This document shows positions 9,001 through 15,378 of a stretch of 25,170 nucleotides of DNA, one piece after another. This stretch comes from a virus (taxonomy: Duplodnaviria; Caudoviricetes): positions 1 to 25,170 of IMG/VR virus record IMGVR_UViG_3300014031_000007, one strand, 5' to 3'. Within the stretch, counting starts at the first letter, position 1. Every line of letters starts with the position of its first letter. The notes beneath the pieces are model-generated. The model was not told the origin of the DNA. It made no database searches and saw only the letters and a program-made list of their open reading frames with translations. The position numbers and the translations under genes were made by a program.

Positions 9001-10418
9001 CTGCGGCTGGTGCCGCGATCAATCCGTCCACCGGATTATTCGGTGCGGATTACTACCGCGATAATCGCACAACCAACAGCAGCTTGAATGCGCGCCTGTC
9101 GAACTACACCGACCGCGTCAATCTGGACTACCACTACCATGCCGGTGCAATGAAAGAGAGCCTGCACGATCTGGCTTTCCGCGAGACGCTGATCGACGTG
9201 AACAAAATCCTCGATCATCCCGACTTCCGCAAACAGTTCCGGTTGTCCTACGGCCCGGAGGCTTACCAATCCATGAAGGAATGGTTGGGCAACTTGGCGA
9301 ACTCCAATGTGACGGATCACAAGCTGCGCGACTTTCAGAAGGTGCTCACATACGCGCGCACGGGTATCGTCATCAACGGTATCGCTTTTCGCATCTCGTC
9401 TGTGTTGAAGCACGGCGGCAGCGCGGGCCTGAAAACATTAGGCTACTTCCCTGGCAAGTCGAAGGTTTACTTTGCGAGCCGCATGACGCAGATGGGTACC
9501 AGCCCGAGAGAACAAATAAAGGGGGCCATCGAAAAATTCCCTGAGATACGCGCGCGGCTGCGCCAGCAAGATAGGGACTACAGGCAAATGTCGGCGCATC
9601 TGTTTGAACCCGAAGGCGCAATGGCGAAAGCCCACCGCTTCGGACACGCGGCCATCGCGTGGTCAGACATGATGACCGCTGTACCGACTGCATGGGCAGC
9701 GTATGACCGAGCCATCACCGAAGGCATCCCTATCAATCAAGGGGGTACCGGGAAGCCGATGACAGAGGATCAGGCTGTGCAGTATGCGTCGAAGACCGTG
9801 CGGGAGGCCCACGGCACGAATATCCAGGCTGGCCGGTCGAATGTGGTCAACAGCCACAGCGAGGCTGTCAAGATGTTCACGGTACTGTATGGTTTTATGA
9901 ACAACACGCTGGGGCAGGCTGGTAACATGATCGACCAGTTGAAGACACCCGGCTTTGGTAAACCCGAAGCGCTGGCGAAGGGGTTCATGGCGGTGATCGT
10001 GCCAGCACTTTGGGCTGGGTATCTGACGCAGGGCAGTCCTGAGGATGATGCTAAAGGCGTAGCGCACTGGATGGCGCGGGCGATCACAGCCGAAGTTGCG
10101 GGGATGGTGCCGTTCGCACGCGATGCCTACAGCTTCGTGGAAGGGTACCAGCACGCGGGGGTGGTGGGTGTAGAATCATGGTTGTCAACCATGACGCAGC
10201 CATTCATCGACGCCTACAGGATATGGGAAGGCAAGCAAAGCAAGACCGTGATACGTGATACTGCGAATGCGGTAGGTGTAGGACTGCACATCCCCGGCAT
10301 GGGGCAAGCGGGTACGACTGCTCAGTACATCGAGAACGTGCACAAGGGTATCGAGCATCCGCAGAATGCGGAGGATGTCGCAGCGGGGTTGATTAAAGGG
10401 CACGGCTCGAAGCCGTAG
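3..10418 (+). CDS. Giant phage virion ejection/DNA-transfer-type polyvalent protein, 5'-partial (>3460 aa)
   Basis: The frame is open from position 3 with no stop before the GTG at 30, so the true start is probably left of the window; TAG at 10416-10418. It has an LPD22-like N-terminal segment, many enzymatic modules, a HELGH zincin motif and a long helical C-terminal region. It lies directly before the tail fibre, as podovirus internal virion genes do. Confidence 0.85.
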   Translation, partial: YIHSAGDYAVQKTGNPEASALIDQLSNIAMAKVGDVATKIYSKLGSSHAQAYQAEVDAGKLHLLDAVSQASTLRDNNPEAFHQFVQSMSDNGKVPDVYVGAEALNAALAKNPVEANALFQKMPELRDQMNEAALTKGDVRIPVADYATHIAGTKTGDEIKPELKTSPEGMTYNQAQDFRKNQVAEMQDQAQKLLDEHAKTVAEQTASDSVYQNILSQLTEANHFSPDVNKVYAKLATAGYAARAHTLGIPADEMLKQYPLDIQSVFGPAKTEGAPHDVGEAVYNSPAAITARFEEKLKDHTAVRKEYEAIPETQGGKIINTDIARELSPDYLADRTRSATVHEPASTFVKQLYAEKLKETPNADVLFTAGGTGAGKTTALSMIPKYKELMGKADIVYDTNVNNFESARQKIQEAIDSGAHVHVAMVVRHPVEAFVNGALKRATRQEKEFGSGRVVSLDAHISTHVGSMDTIPKLIDHFRNDPEVSFSAVDNSHGKGHAVDLPLDKLPKWEHNDLKASLLDALRKEYEDGKISEKTYTGFLNAGADSSEAQGVSRRTVGGGAGGQSESERVGTTSSNTGTRRGTDSGTRRSTDSGKDKGYAATVKDTSLRVNPEEGKGIFDAITAGMRGSFNDRRVAGDKPLEGVKEDRRVAAAMRRRAATPEPLSGLPRSVKVDGTTVSVGPFGKARDAADKYIRSAGLKETPPTDYVRVDPVLAKRIAQAYEDMKDDPQNPEVKTAYAALVRETLAQWKAVKATGLKVEFFPNGKDTYGNPRNAIRDVVDNNHLFIFPTESGYGTTGEKVSAGNPLLAKVPGESFGDKPVLVNDIFRAVHDYFGHAKEGIGFRADGEENAWRQHMAMFSPEAQRALTTETRGQNSWVNYGPHAEHNKTASGEDTTYAPQKIGLLPEWASKDGYKSALVNIGLDTNDGKGITREEARAEIKKLGVKIIDSAVHKSDTENTLVAQLDRALTPEEVHQLAVATHQEAIPQFADGKGILEGPAKENWGDFNPEYFLKMDGSRLKEAALAQSVPDKGARIKKVFADNDTYKILDKAVQSGPFDGGCLICAKAIIKAEGKGDVVRLFNKDHNVTDHYGALVDGKVYDADGEYANAKDWAAHFAKEENRDVAALTFEKGEDPKSEIPDDAKAVSAIAAKLSGVPEKAVTGIHYSNQPRESLSGNMYGTGIRGAEGARLAESKDARIKRRVSFYVDEGRGTFPEQGLGRFKHEAQLNNMYDGASNPLKLPTKDFNAFEGAVLDHGYEGYYVKGGFGRQGAAVVLGDAAKNIKVNALNQYGQKFDQTVTPEFKKWFGTNPEPDRAYKGVSYRSVVVNPDGTPRVMYHATSADFDAFKRRIGDVGMHFGTIGQAEDRGQYMRGKNPDAVSGANTIPVYLNIRKPLRMRDTGLWKADNMVWELKKLFPSDFKTLADMPRRTDPYAKAHPDEVTDHLKHGVLITTKDLREYIQSKGYDGIVYKNTGEVGGMEELQARVNSLRKVADDEFAKLNPGQKVMSDDYKQGSRSYQAWVKALGEKDKVREANQEDSYIAFERNQIKSAVGNNGKFSARDPNILHQDAPTFFSQLSRSISGAPDKIFGNAKSVSDWLSANAGKLGVKKAEIEATGLDDWLKLQGKVSKADVQNFLDQNGVQVREVTLGGPSEEDIEALMADEIGQDMTRQEAIDYINMDAENPDLTKFASYQLPGGENYRELLLTLPEKADTTPTDYSQYKAELVGKNSWEVTNLDGGVKSLVTGATAHDAIDRAIAHNHPASKAFKSSHFDQPNILAHIRFNERTTLNYTPDDISDIEKRIMQSVPNAKSADSLGNGAPQMAVRKGLITQEEANKYSHSKGFVNVPTDGATSRILFLEELQSDWGQKGKKEGFVTTLSDADSTRLAELRTALEVKRKAGEDVTKDPDWKEFEKLDALRMKVEYRGIPSAPFVTDTKAWTSLALKRMIRYAAENGMDKIAWTTGEQQAARYDLSKQVQSLYVERHDGTFGKAGYDIGAMTEDGIKEIAKGAQESELEGLIGKDLAKKAIAQPAGEELKYEGNDLKVGGEGMKGYYDAIVPQVANDILKKLGGGKVGDVSINQDHNANLNTEKEWNESAARIILKRGGEIYVADTHGMETRIKNEHVLDLELEENGNPRGYILGDTQGGSTQQGFTITPELRAKVMTEGLPLFQGQDVNRGGDAPDTHQLSLLNKADLTTFVHELGHHFLEMTSDLASRPDAPRGVKDDMAKLTSWFGTTPEAWSNMTMNEKRPYHEQFAESFERYLLEGKAPSLELQPVFSRIRSWMLNVYKSLQGMFAQRPASEQLTPEVRQVFDRMLASDDAIHQAETSRGYAPLFKDAKEAGTTPEKYQAYLDLNPEATQDAIAEMQKRSVKDMSLLSNAKSRALKSIQAEADAKRADIRTEVEKEVEQQPVYLAERWLKKGELIDDKGEVTTKALDAAKAGSKLNTDEVRKLFPEGIPEALHGMTSPDGLHPDLAAQMLGFNSGGGLVQALADREPKQSAVDGLTDQRMLERHGEMSDPQSVERAANEAVANKGRQLFLATGLKILMKSPIPAKQLAAAAREAADNTINGKTIKDLRPLQYEAQETRSNKEALKNAAKDPVAAIKAQRAALLNNTLAKAATKAVSDVQKGLDYVKRFEKKTIMDKMDVDVRDQLNDLLDRFDFRQNPSTVPTRAEQNLQDWVKSQIDAGYSPVMTPDMLNPAFKAHYKDMTVEQFRGLIDGMKAIEHIGRERKTVTILGKKVELNDYINSQLVPKMQERPNKFTTADIIDRPDERHTNKIAIALDHLNSWRRGMMSSLKMQEYKRNQYDNQELMGPFGESVFEPVFAADYHKGDMLAGLSKDFQAKANELGADWQDSLMNGIENKVLRDPDKTEAAGKPVFMEFTRAKMLGMMLHMGNESNFDKLVKGWGWKPEDVWRFAHDNATEKDWQAVQSVWDLNEKHAPEIFEMNRRLGNTNPNRIEPRAFNTKFGEYAGGYARIEYDPLRSRRGEKAAAGAAINPSTGLFGADYYRDNRTTNSSLNARLSNYTDRVNLDYHYHAGAMKESLHDLAFRETLIDVNKILDHPDFRKQFRLSYGPEAYQSMKEWLGNLANSNVTDHKLRDFQKVLTYARTGIVINGIAFRISSVLKHGGSAGLKTLGYFPGKSKVYFASRMTQMGTSPREQIKGAIEKFPEIRARLRQQDRDYRQMSAHLFEPEGAMAKAHRFGHAAIAWSDMMTAVPTAWAAYDRAITEGIPINQGGTGKPMTEDQAVQYASKTVREAHGTNIQAGRSNVVNSHSEAVKMFTVLYGFMNNTLGQAGNMIDQLKTPGFGKPEALAKGFMAVIVPALWAGYLTQGSPEDDAKGVAHWMARAITAEVAGMVPFARDAYSFVEGYQHAGVVGVESWLSTMTQPFIDAYRIWEGKQSKTVIRDTANAVGVGLHIPGMGQAGTTAQYIENVHKGIEHPQNAEDVAAGLIKGHGSKP
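240..540 (+). other. LPD22-like domain within giant protein
   Basis: DVYVGAEAL...PELRDQMNEAALTKGDVRIPVADYATHIAGT...PEGMT resembles large polyvalent protein-associated domain 22 as recalled; boundaries approximate. Confidence 0.55.
870..1625 (+). other. Zeta-toxin-like P-loop kinase domain (rearranged motif order) within giant protein
   Basis: Walker A GGTGAGKTT at 1110-1136, INTDIAREL at ~957-983, IVYDTN, GAHVHVAMV and GRVVSLDAH match zeta/PezT-type motifs. Confidence 0.75.
1734..1785 (+). repeat. 24-bp in-frame tandem duplication in a low-complexity linker
   Basis: ggcacccgacgcggtaccgactcc / ggcacccgacgcagtaccgattcc / ggca (2 mismatches), encoding GTRRGTDS-GTRRSTDS. Confidence 0.9.
1990..2730 (+). 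other. Uncharacterised HDxxGH domain (possible metal-binding, zincin-like) within giant protein
   Basis: FRAVHDYFGH (His at 2493), followed by GEENAW..H..MFS and TETRGQNSWVNYGP. Confidence 0.5.
2757..3053 (+). other. Candidate SAM lyase (T3 SAMase-like) domain within giant protein
   Basis: ~100 aa module VNIGL...TENTLVAQL...THQEAIPQF...WGDFNPEYF; the E-x-T-hydrophobic strand and Q-E-A-I motif recall T3 SAMase EEKTVRV and EQDCVL. Confidence 0.45.
3090..3470 (+). other. Papain/transglutaminase-like Cys-His-Asp domain within giant protein
   Basis: GGCLICAKA (Cys at 3186), DHYGALV (His at 3273), VYDADG (Asp at 3306). Confidence 0.65.
3486..3850 (+). other. Divergent ADP-ribosyltransferase-like domain 1 within giant protein
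   Basis: N-terminal strand GIHYS, YGTG, VSFY strand, then HGYEGYYV and a final hydrophobic strand AVVLG; the motif order parallels the adjacent ART-PolyVal domain. Confidence 0.45.
3897..4709 (+). other. ART-PolyVal-like ADP-ribosyltransferase domain 2 within giant protein
   Basis: TPEFKKWFG...VVNPDGTPRVMYHAT...FDAF...GMHFGT...IPVYLNIRKPL...GYDGIVY...YIAFERNQIKSAVGNNGKFS is the characteristic pattern of ARTs in polyvalent proteins. Confidence 0.8.
4720..6530 (+). other. Large EELQSDW-motif domain (function unknown, possibly GNAT-like fold) within giant protein
   Basis: Motif blocks GVKKAEIEATGL, YQLPGGENYRELLL, SSHF..PNILAHIRF, LFLEELQSDWGQ, APFV..TKAW..LALKR and GMKGYYD are separated by insert-like segments. 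Confidence 0.5.
6540..6990 (+). other. Zincin metallopeptidase domain within giant protein
   Basis: ADLTTFVHELGHHFL (HExxH at 6615-6629) with downstream HEQFAESFERYL supplying a candidate third ligand. Confidence 0.8.
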
Positions 10419-10452
10419 TGATGTCAGATGACAGATATGATAAGGTGATAAA

Positions 10453-11838
10453 ATGCAGATCGACCGTATAAATGGGTTAGTTGGAAACCAGGGCATGAAG
10501 ACTCCTGTGCTTTGTATTGCTACAGGAGCTATTCTCTTGTCCGGCGAGCAGACCATCGACGGCGTCGTGTGCCTGCAGCCATCTTCAACGAATTCAAACC
10601 GCGTGCTGGTGACAGGCCAAGCAGACGCAACCACAAACGGTATCTATCTGTGCCAAGCGTCAGCATGGACACGCGAACCCGATTGGGATGGATCGCTTGA
10701 TGTACGTAACGGGACGCTGATCCCTGTTGCAACAGGCACCCAGTACGCCGGAACTTTATGGCGAGTAACGACTGCTGACATCATCGCAGTGGGCACATCG
10801 AATATAACCTTCAGTCAAGTGTTCACCAGTACGGCCACACCAATTCTAAACGCACCGAATAAAAATCCGCCAATCGGAGCTGACAAGATCAGCATTGTGG
10901 ATAGCGTCACGGGCCTGCTCGCCTTGTTGACTTTCACCAATCTGGTAACGTACCTGAGTGGCCTGTGTAGTGCTGGCTGGAATGCGTTCACATCGTCATC
11001 CTGTTCGGGGAATGCGTTCACATCGTCATCCTGTTCGGGGAATTCGGCAACGGCTACGGCCCTTGTTGGTATAGGCGATTCTGCTGCTTTTGAAAGCAGG
11101 TATGGCGCAGCGCAATTTTCGATTGCGGCGACCGTCGCGGCCAGTGCGCTGACCGGCACGCTGAACCCGTGCAAGCTCGATTTCAGGAATGCCACCCTGA
11201 GCAATGGTGCGCCGGTAAATGTAAGCCTTGCCGCCGCGCTGAGCATGGTCGTGCCGAGCGGCGCGACGCTCGGCACCGTCGGCGGCGTTTATGCGCAACT
11301 GGTGTGGCTGGTAGCCTACAACGGCGGAGTGCCGGTGCTGTGCGTCGTCAATTTGGCAGGAGGCGTAAATCTGGACGAAACCACGCTGATCAGCCCGACC
11401 ACCGGCGCGTCATCAGCCGCAAACGTCATCTATTCGGCCTCTGATGTTGCTGCCAATTCGCCGTTCCGCGTGGTCGGTTTTTGCGGCATCCTCGAAGCCG
11501 CAGCGGGTACCTGGGCGACTGTGCCGACGACCGTGCAGGGTATAGGTGGGCAGGCTCTGGCGGCGTTGAGCAGCCTTGGGTATGGGCAGACTTGGCAAGC
11601 GGTCTCGCGAGCTATCGGGACGATATATTACAACACGACTGGAAAACCAATTGCTGTTGCATTCACTGGTTATGCCGCCGGAGCGATCACCTTCGCGATG
11701 ACTATAAATGGTGTTCCTGTGACATTCGGAGCCGCACCTGCGGCCGTAAATGGCTCGTCTACCATTGTTATTCCTGCAAAAGCATCTTATGCATTAAGCG
11801 GCCCGACTACGTTGACGGCCTGGGACGAACTCAAATAA
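10453..11838 (+). CDS. Tail fibre protein
   Basis: RBS taaggt. N-terminal LSGEQTIDGV...RVLVTGQ...NGIY virion-attachment motif, Ala/Thr/Gly-rich shaft and C-terminal LGYGQTWQ...YYNTTGKPI...W.EL typical of tail fibre tips. Confidence 0.85.
   Translation: MQIDRINGLVGNQGMKTPVLCIATGAILLSGEQTIDGVVCLQPSSTNSNRVLVTGQADATTNGIYLCQASAWTREPDWDGSLDVRNGTLIPVATGTQYAGTLWRVTTADIIAVGTSNITFSQVFTSTATPILNAPNKNPPIGADKISIVDSVTGLLALLTFTNLVTYLSGLCSAGWNAFTSSSCSGNAFTSSSCSGNSATATALVGIGDSAAFESRYGAAQFSIAATVAASALTGTLNPCKLDFRNATLSNGAPVNVSLAAALSMVVPSGATLGTVGGVYAQLVWLVAYNGGVPVLCVVNLAGGVNLDETTLISPTTGASSAANVIYSASDVAANSPFRVVGFCGILEAAAGTWATVPTTVQGIGGQALAALSSLGYGQTWQAVSRAIGTIYYNTTGKPIAVAFTGYAAGAITFAMTINGVPVTFGAAPAAVNGSSTIVIPAKASYALSGPTTLTAWDELK
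10979..11043 (+). repeat. Exact 30-bp tandem duplication in tail fibre
   Basis: ggaatgcgttcacatcgtcatcctgttcgg x2 + ggaat, encoding NAFTSSSCSG twice. Confidence 0.95.
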
Positions 11839-11850
11839 AAGGACAAAATT

Positions 11851-12342
11851 ATGAGCATCTGGCAAGATTCAAACGGTGGTTTGCATGATGATATGGACGG
11901 GGCAGCGCTGACCCTTCCGTCCTGGCCGCAAGGCATGACCAAACTGACGTCCGCGCAGGCGGACGCACTGCGAAATCCGCCGCTTACTCTTGCGCAGAAA
12001 CAGGAGATTGTGTGGACTGCGATCAAAGCCTTCCGGGATTTCAAGAAGTTCAACGGGGTGCTGGTCAGCACGAAGTGGATTAACACCGACACCTACTCGC
12101 GCACTCAATGGTTGGCGATGGTGATGATGGGCGCAGCACTACCAGTGATCACATGGACAACAATGGATGGAACGACAATTGACACAACACCCACACTGGC
12201 AACCGCAGTGTTCAACGCTGTTGCGTCACAGGATGCAACTATCTTCGGGGTGGCAACTGCACATTATAATGCAATGATGTTACTGACAGACCCAACTGGT
12301 TATAACTTTTCAGCCAATTGGCCGGTGACGTTCACACCATGA
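11851..12342 (+). CDS. Tail fibre assembly/chaperone-like protein (DUF4376-like)
   Basis: Directly follows the tail fibre with RBS aagga; W..IK..RD....GV....W..TD..SR.Q...W.T.D...W P pattern. Confidence 0.75.
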   Translation: MSIWQDSNGGLHDDMDGAALTLPSWPQGMTKLTSAQADALRNPPLTLAQKQEIVWTAIKAFRDFKKFNGVLVSTKWINTDTYSRTQWLAMVMMGAALPVITWTTMDGTTIDTTPTLATAVFNAVASQDATIFGVATAHYNAMMLLTDPTGYNFSANWPVTFTP

Positions 12343-12761
12343 AAGCGGCATTTTATAAGGGCACTCGCCCCGGCGTCCCTGGTTTATACAACCGCTTTGT
12401 GCGCTGGTGGACACGCGGTATCTACAGCCACATGGAGTTATCATTCAGTGACGGGATCAGCGCTTCATCTTCTTTCCTCGACGGTGGTGTGCGGTTCAAG
12501 GCCATTACGTTTGATGCTGCCCACTGGGATTTAGTGGACTTACCGAGTGCTTGGGAATCCCGAGCAAGAGCGTGGTTCATCGCACACAATGGGAAGGCTT
12601 ACGACTATTGGGCAGACCTGAGACTTTTTATTTTCGGCCCCGCACCTGCAAGCGCAGATAAATACATGTGCTCTGAAAGCTGCATGGCTGCTCTCGGATT
12701 TACAGATGCTTGGAGATTTGAACCCAACGCAGCGAAGGCTGTGCTTAGTAGCGCCCACTAA
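12339..12761 (+). CDS. Permuted papain-like (NlpC/P60-related) amidase/peptidase
   Basis: ATGA overlap with the upstream stop; His motif YSHMEL precedes GKAYDY and the Cys motif YMCSE, the permuted order. Confidence 0.75.
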   Translation: MKAAFYKGTRPGVPGLYNRFVRWWTRGIYSHMELSFSDGISASSSFLDGGVRFKAITFDAAHWDLVDLPSAWESRARAWFIAHNGKAYDYWADLRLFIFGPAPASADKYMCSESCMAALGFTDAWRFEPNAAKAVLSSAH

Positions 12762-12771
12762 AGGAAAACCA

Positions 12772-13002
12772 ATGTCATCTCCCACCCCAACACCCTTAGC
12801 AGACACCAGTGCACTCGCCGCGATCATGGCTCATTTTTTCAACTGGCTTCCCCCAGCCATATCTCTCGTATCCGCCTTTATGGGTGCGTTGTGGATGTTC
12901 CTGAGCGTGTGGAAGATGTTGCATGTCGAATCGTTTGACAGCTTCGTAAGATGGTTCAGTAGGCTCGTCATGCACCTCGGCGGGAGACGCAAAAGTGATT
13001 AG
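12772..13002 (+). CDS. Putative holin
   Basis: RBS aagga then ATG at 12772; 76 aa with hydrophobic segments and a basic C-terminus (RRK), upstream of the endolysin. Confidence 0.6.
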   Translation: MSSPTPTPLADTSALAAIMAHFFNWLPPAISLVSAFMGALWMFLSVWKMLHVESFDSFVRWFSRLVMHLGGRRKSD

Positions 13003-13109
13003 CTTCGGCAAGTGATGCTGTGCTCAACTATCTCACCGACGATCAACGTTTGCGCCGCAGTATCCACATCGCAATGCGCGATTGGAATAAAACACACAGG
13101 AGACACACC

Positions 13110-13565
13110 ATGTTTACTTTAGCTGATTATGTTGGCCCGTGGGGTGAATCACCCGATTGGAATGAGGAACGCAGGGACAACGCTATCATCCTGATAGCGG
13201 CTTGTACCAAACTGCAAACCATCATGGAAGCAGATGGGGTTCACTTCCCCTTACACGAACACACCGGAACTGGATTACACCCGCGTAACAGGGATTCTAC
13301 GATCAGCGGCGAGACTTACGGCGGATTCCGCCCTCAAAGCTGTCCCATAGGGGCAACGCATTCATCCCACAAGGAAGGGAAGGCTGCGGACAGATACGAC
13401 CCTGACGGCGCGATTGACACATGGATCATGGCCCATCAGGACGCACTGGTAACGTGTGGCATCTATATCGAGCATCCAGACAAAACCCCCGGCTGGAGTC
13501 ATTGGGGAATCAAGTTAAATCCTGACGATGCGCCAAAGTCTGGACGTCACGTATTTTATCCATAG
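13110..13565 (+). CDS. Endolysin, peptidase M15-type zinc peptidase
   Basis: RBS aggag before ATG 13110; GGFRP, SSHKEGKAAD (SxHxxGxAxD) and WSH zinc-ligand motifs. Confidence 0.8.
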   Translation: MFTLADYVGPWGESPDWNEERRDNAIILIAACTKLQTIMEADGVHFPLHEHTGTGLHPRNRDSTISGETYGGFRPQSCPIGATHSSHKEGKAADRYDPDGAIDTWIMAHQDALVTCGIYIEHPDKTPGWSHWGIKLNPDDAPKSGRHVFYP

Positions 13566-13580
13566 GAAGGGAGAAGCAAC

Positions 13581-14153
13581 ATGTCATTTGATTTTCTTAG
13601 CGTCATAAAAAATATCGCCCCGATGATCGCGGGGACGTTTGGTACTCCGTTGCTGGGGATCGCCGTCAGCGAATTGTGTAAAGTCCTACCGGCAGATCAG
13701 GCGACAACGGTGCAAGCAGCTCACGCTGCAGACCCAGTGAATGGTGCACTCAACAAACTGGGTGAGCTGTTTCAGCAAGGTGCGATCAGCGCAGCGCAGA
13801 TCAAGCAGGCCGAAGTAGCGAACACCGAACGTATGGCGGAACTGGGTTATAAAAATGTTGTTGACTTGGCGAAGATTACTTTTCAGGATAGGGACTCTGC
13901 TCGCAAGATGCAGACCTCAACGAAGAGCAGGATGCCTGCAATTCTCGCTACGGTAGCGGTAGGCGGGGTGCTGGTGATTATGGTTGCTATGGCCTTCGGC
14001 ATGAAATTGGATGGGTCTTTCAAGGATACCTTCATCCTCGGCTTCGGCGTCTTGCTCGGGCTGATGAAAGAAGTTTACAGCTTCTCGTTCGGAGACAACG
14101 CAGCAAGTCAAGGCAAGACGGCCACCATCAGCGAGATCGCCAAGCAGCCGTAA
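13581..14153 (+). CDS. Membrane protein resembling 3TM holin (gene-transfer-agent holin-like)
   Basis: APMIAGTFGTPL N-terminus, DRDSARKMQ motif, two C-terminal TM segments and a YSFSFGD end. Confidence 0.7.
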   Translation: MSFDFLSVIKNIAPMIAGTFGTPLLGIAVSELCKVLPADQATTVQAAHAADPVNGALNKLGELFQQGAISAAQIKQAEVANTERMAELGYKNVVDLAKITFQDRDSARKMQTSTKSRMPAILATVAVGGVLVIMVAMAFGMKLDGSFKDTFILGFGVLLGLMKEVYSFSFGDNAASQGKTATISEIAKQP

Positions 14154-14157
14154 TCCT

Positions 14158-15378
14158 TTACTTCACTGACACCCAGGGCGTATTCACTACGCCCTTTTTG
14201 TCGTCCACCTTTACTGGCATAGCGAAGGTGATCCCGTTCTTGGGATGGGTGAGCCACAGCGCTTGCTGCGGTACCTCGAAGCCGAAGTTGTTGTTGTAGG
14301 CATATTCATCGTAGCCCTTCAGCGAACCGTTCACGATCACGCGCCCGTGATGGATGTACTGGTGCCAGTGACCAATAATCATTGTGTCGTATTCCCGGTC
14401 GATCTGCGCGTTGCGTGAGCGTTTCTTGAGGTCGCCCCGAAGGATCGGGCCAAGACATCCAATCATGCTGTCGCCCCCACGGAACTGATCACCATGACTG
14501 AGCAGATAGCGGTGATTGAAAATTTTGTAGTAGGCATCCGGGCCATCGGGGATCAGAAACACAACGCGCTTGTCACCCTCGAATCGTTTTGCCAGGAAAG
14601 AATACAGCAGCCAATCGAACGATGTGGCGTGACGATCCTTGTTCCATATCTTGTGCGTGTCGCGTCCGTGGTTGCCGGTGACGCAGGGCAGAAACACCTT
14701 GCCGAACTTATCAGCGAAGACCTCGATCAGCCATGTCAATGCGCCGAAGAGATCAAGCACGGTTGGCATTGTGTTGAACTCGTTCGTCGTCATCAGCTCG
14801 TCGTGGATGTTCCCTGAGATCATGTCACCACCAAGGGGGATGACGATGCCGGGGTAATCGAACTTGGGTGAGATGATACCCAGCAGCTTGATAGCGGAAT
14901 CAGCAAGGTGCCGCATCCGAGCGTGGGCGATGGATATGTTGTACTTGTTCACGTTGTTAATCTGCGATGGGTTCACGACCTCGCCCCAGTGCAGATCGGA
15001 TACAAACAGCGTTGGTACACCCGGTGCGGAATTGTTTCGCAAGGGGTCTATCGTCCATGCTGGGGGTTGCGTAACTGTGATGCTGTCCTGCAACTTCAGG
15101 ATGGTCGCCCGGATGATCTCTTCGTCAAAGGTGCGTTCCCTGGCTTGCGCCAGCTCGCGTTCCACCCCCTTCATCTTGCGCTTCAGGTAGTCGATGTTCT
15201 GATTATCTTCCGCCCCCACTGTTGGCTCGATGCCTGCCTTTTCAGCCCGGACTAAACGGTCTTTGAATGTGGCTGGGGGTAAGCCAAGAGCTGTTGCTGC
15301 CTCAGCCTTCACCCCATGCTTCGCATAGGCATCTACCGCTTCCTGCATTAGTTTTTTTGATAGGGGTTGGTTGCTCAT
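14158..15378 (-). CDS. Calcineurin-like metallophosphoesterase with N-terminal HTH and coiled coil
   Basis: SDLHWGE, GGDMISG, GNHGR, HGD and GHWH motifs; N-terminal KAEAATALGLPPATFKDRL HTH. Confidence 0.85.
   Translation of the reverse strand: MSNQPLSKKLMQEAVDAYAKHGVKAEAATALGLPPATFKDRLVRAEKAGIEPTVGAEDNQNIDYLKRKMKGVERELAQARERTFDEEIIRATILKLQDSITVTQPPAWTIDPLRNNSAPGVPTLFVSDLHWGEVVNPSQINNVNKYNISIAHARMRHLADSAIKLLGIISPKFDYPGIVIPLGGDMISGNIHDELMTTNEFNTMPTVLDLFGALTWLIEVFADKFGKVFLPCVTGNHGRDTHKIWNKDRHATSFDWLLYSFLAKRFEGDKRVVFLIPDGPDAYYKIFNHRYLLSHGDQFRGGDSMIGCLGPILRGDLKKRSRNAQIDREYDTMIIGHWHQYIHHGRVIVNGSLKGYDEYAYNNNFGFEVPQQALWLTHPKNGITFAMPVKVDDKKGVVNTPWVSVK

Noticed and set aside
112-10634. Many minus-strand and alternate-frame ORFs over the giant gene
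   Set aside because: Shadow ORFs of a long coding frame; no recognisable motifs.
10453-11838. Diversity-generating retroelement targeting the tail fibre (as in BPP-1)
   Set aside because: No reverse transcriptase and no second adenine-variant copy of the fibre 3' end seen in the window.
13020-13109. N-terminal extension of the endolysin from GTG 13020
   Set aside because: No RBS at the GTG, whereas ATG 13110 has aggag; the extension has no signal-anchor character.
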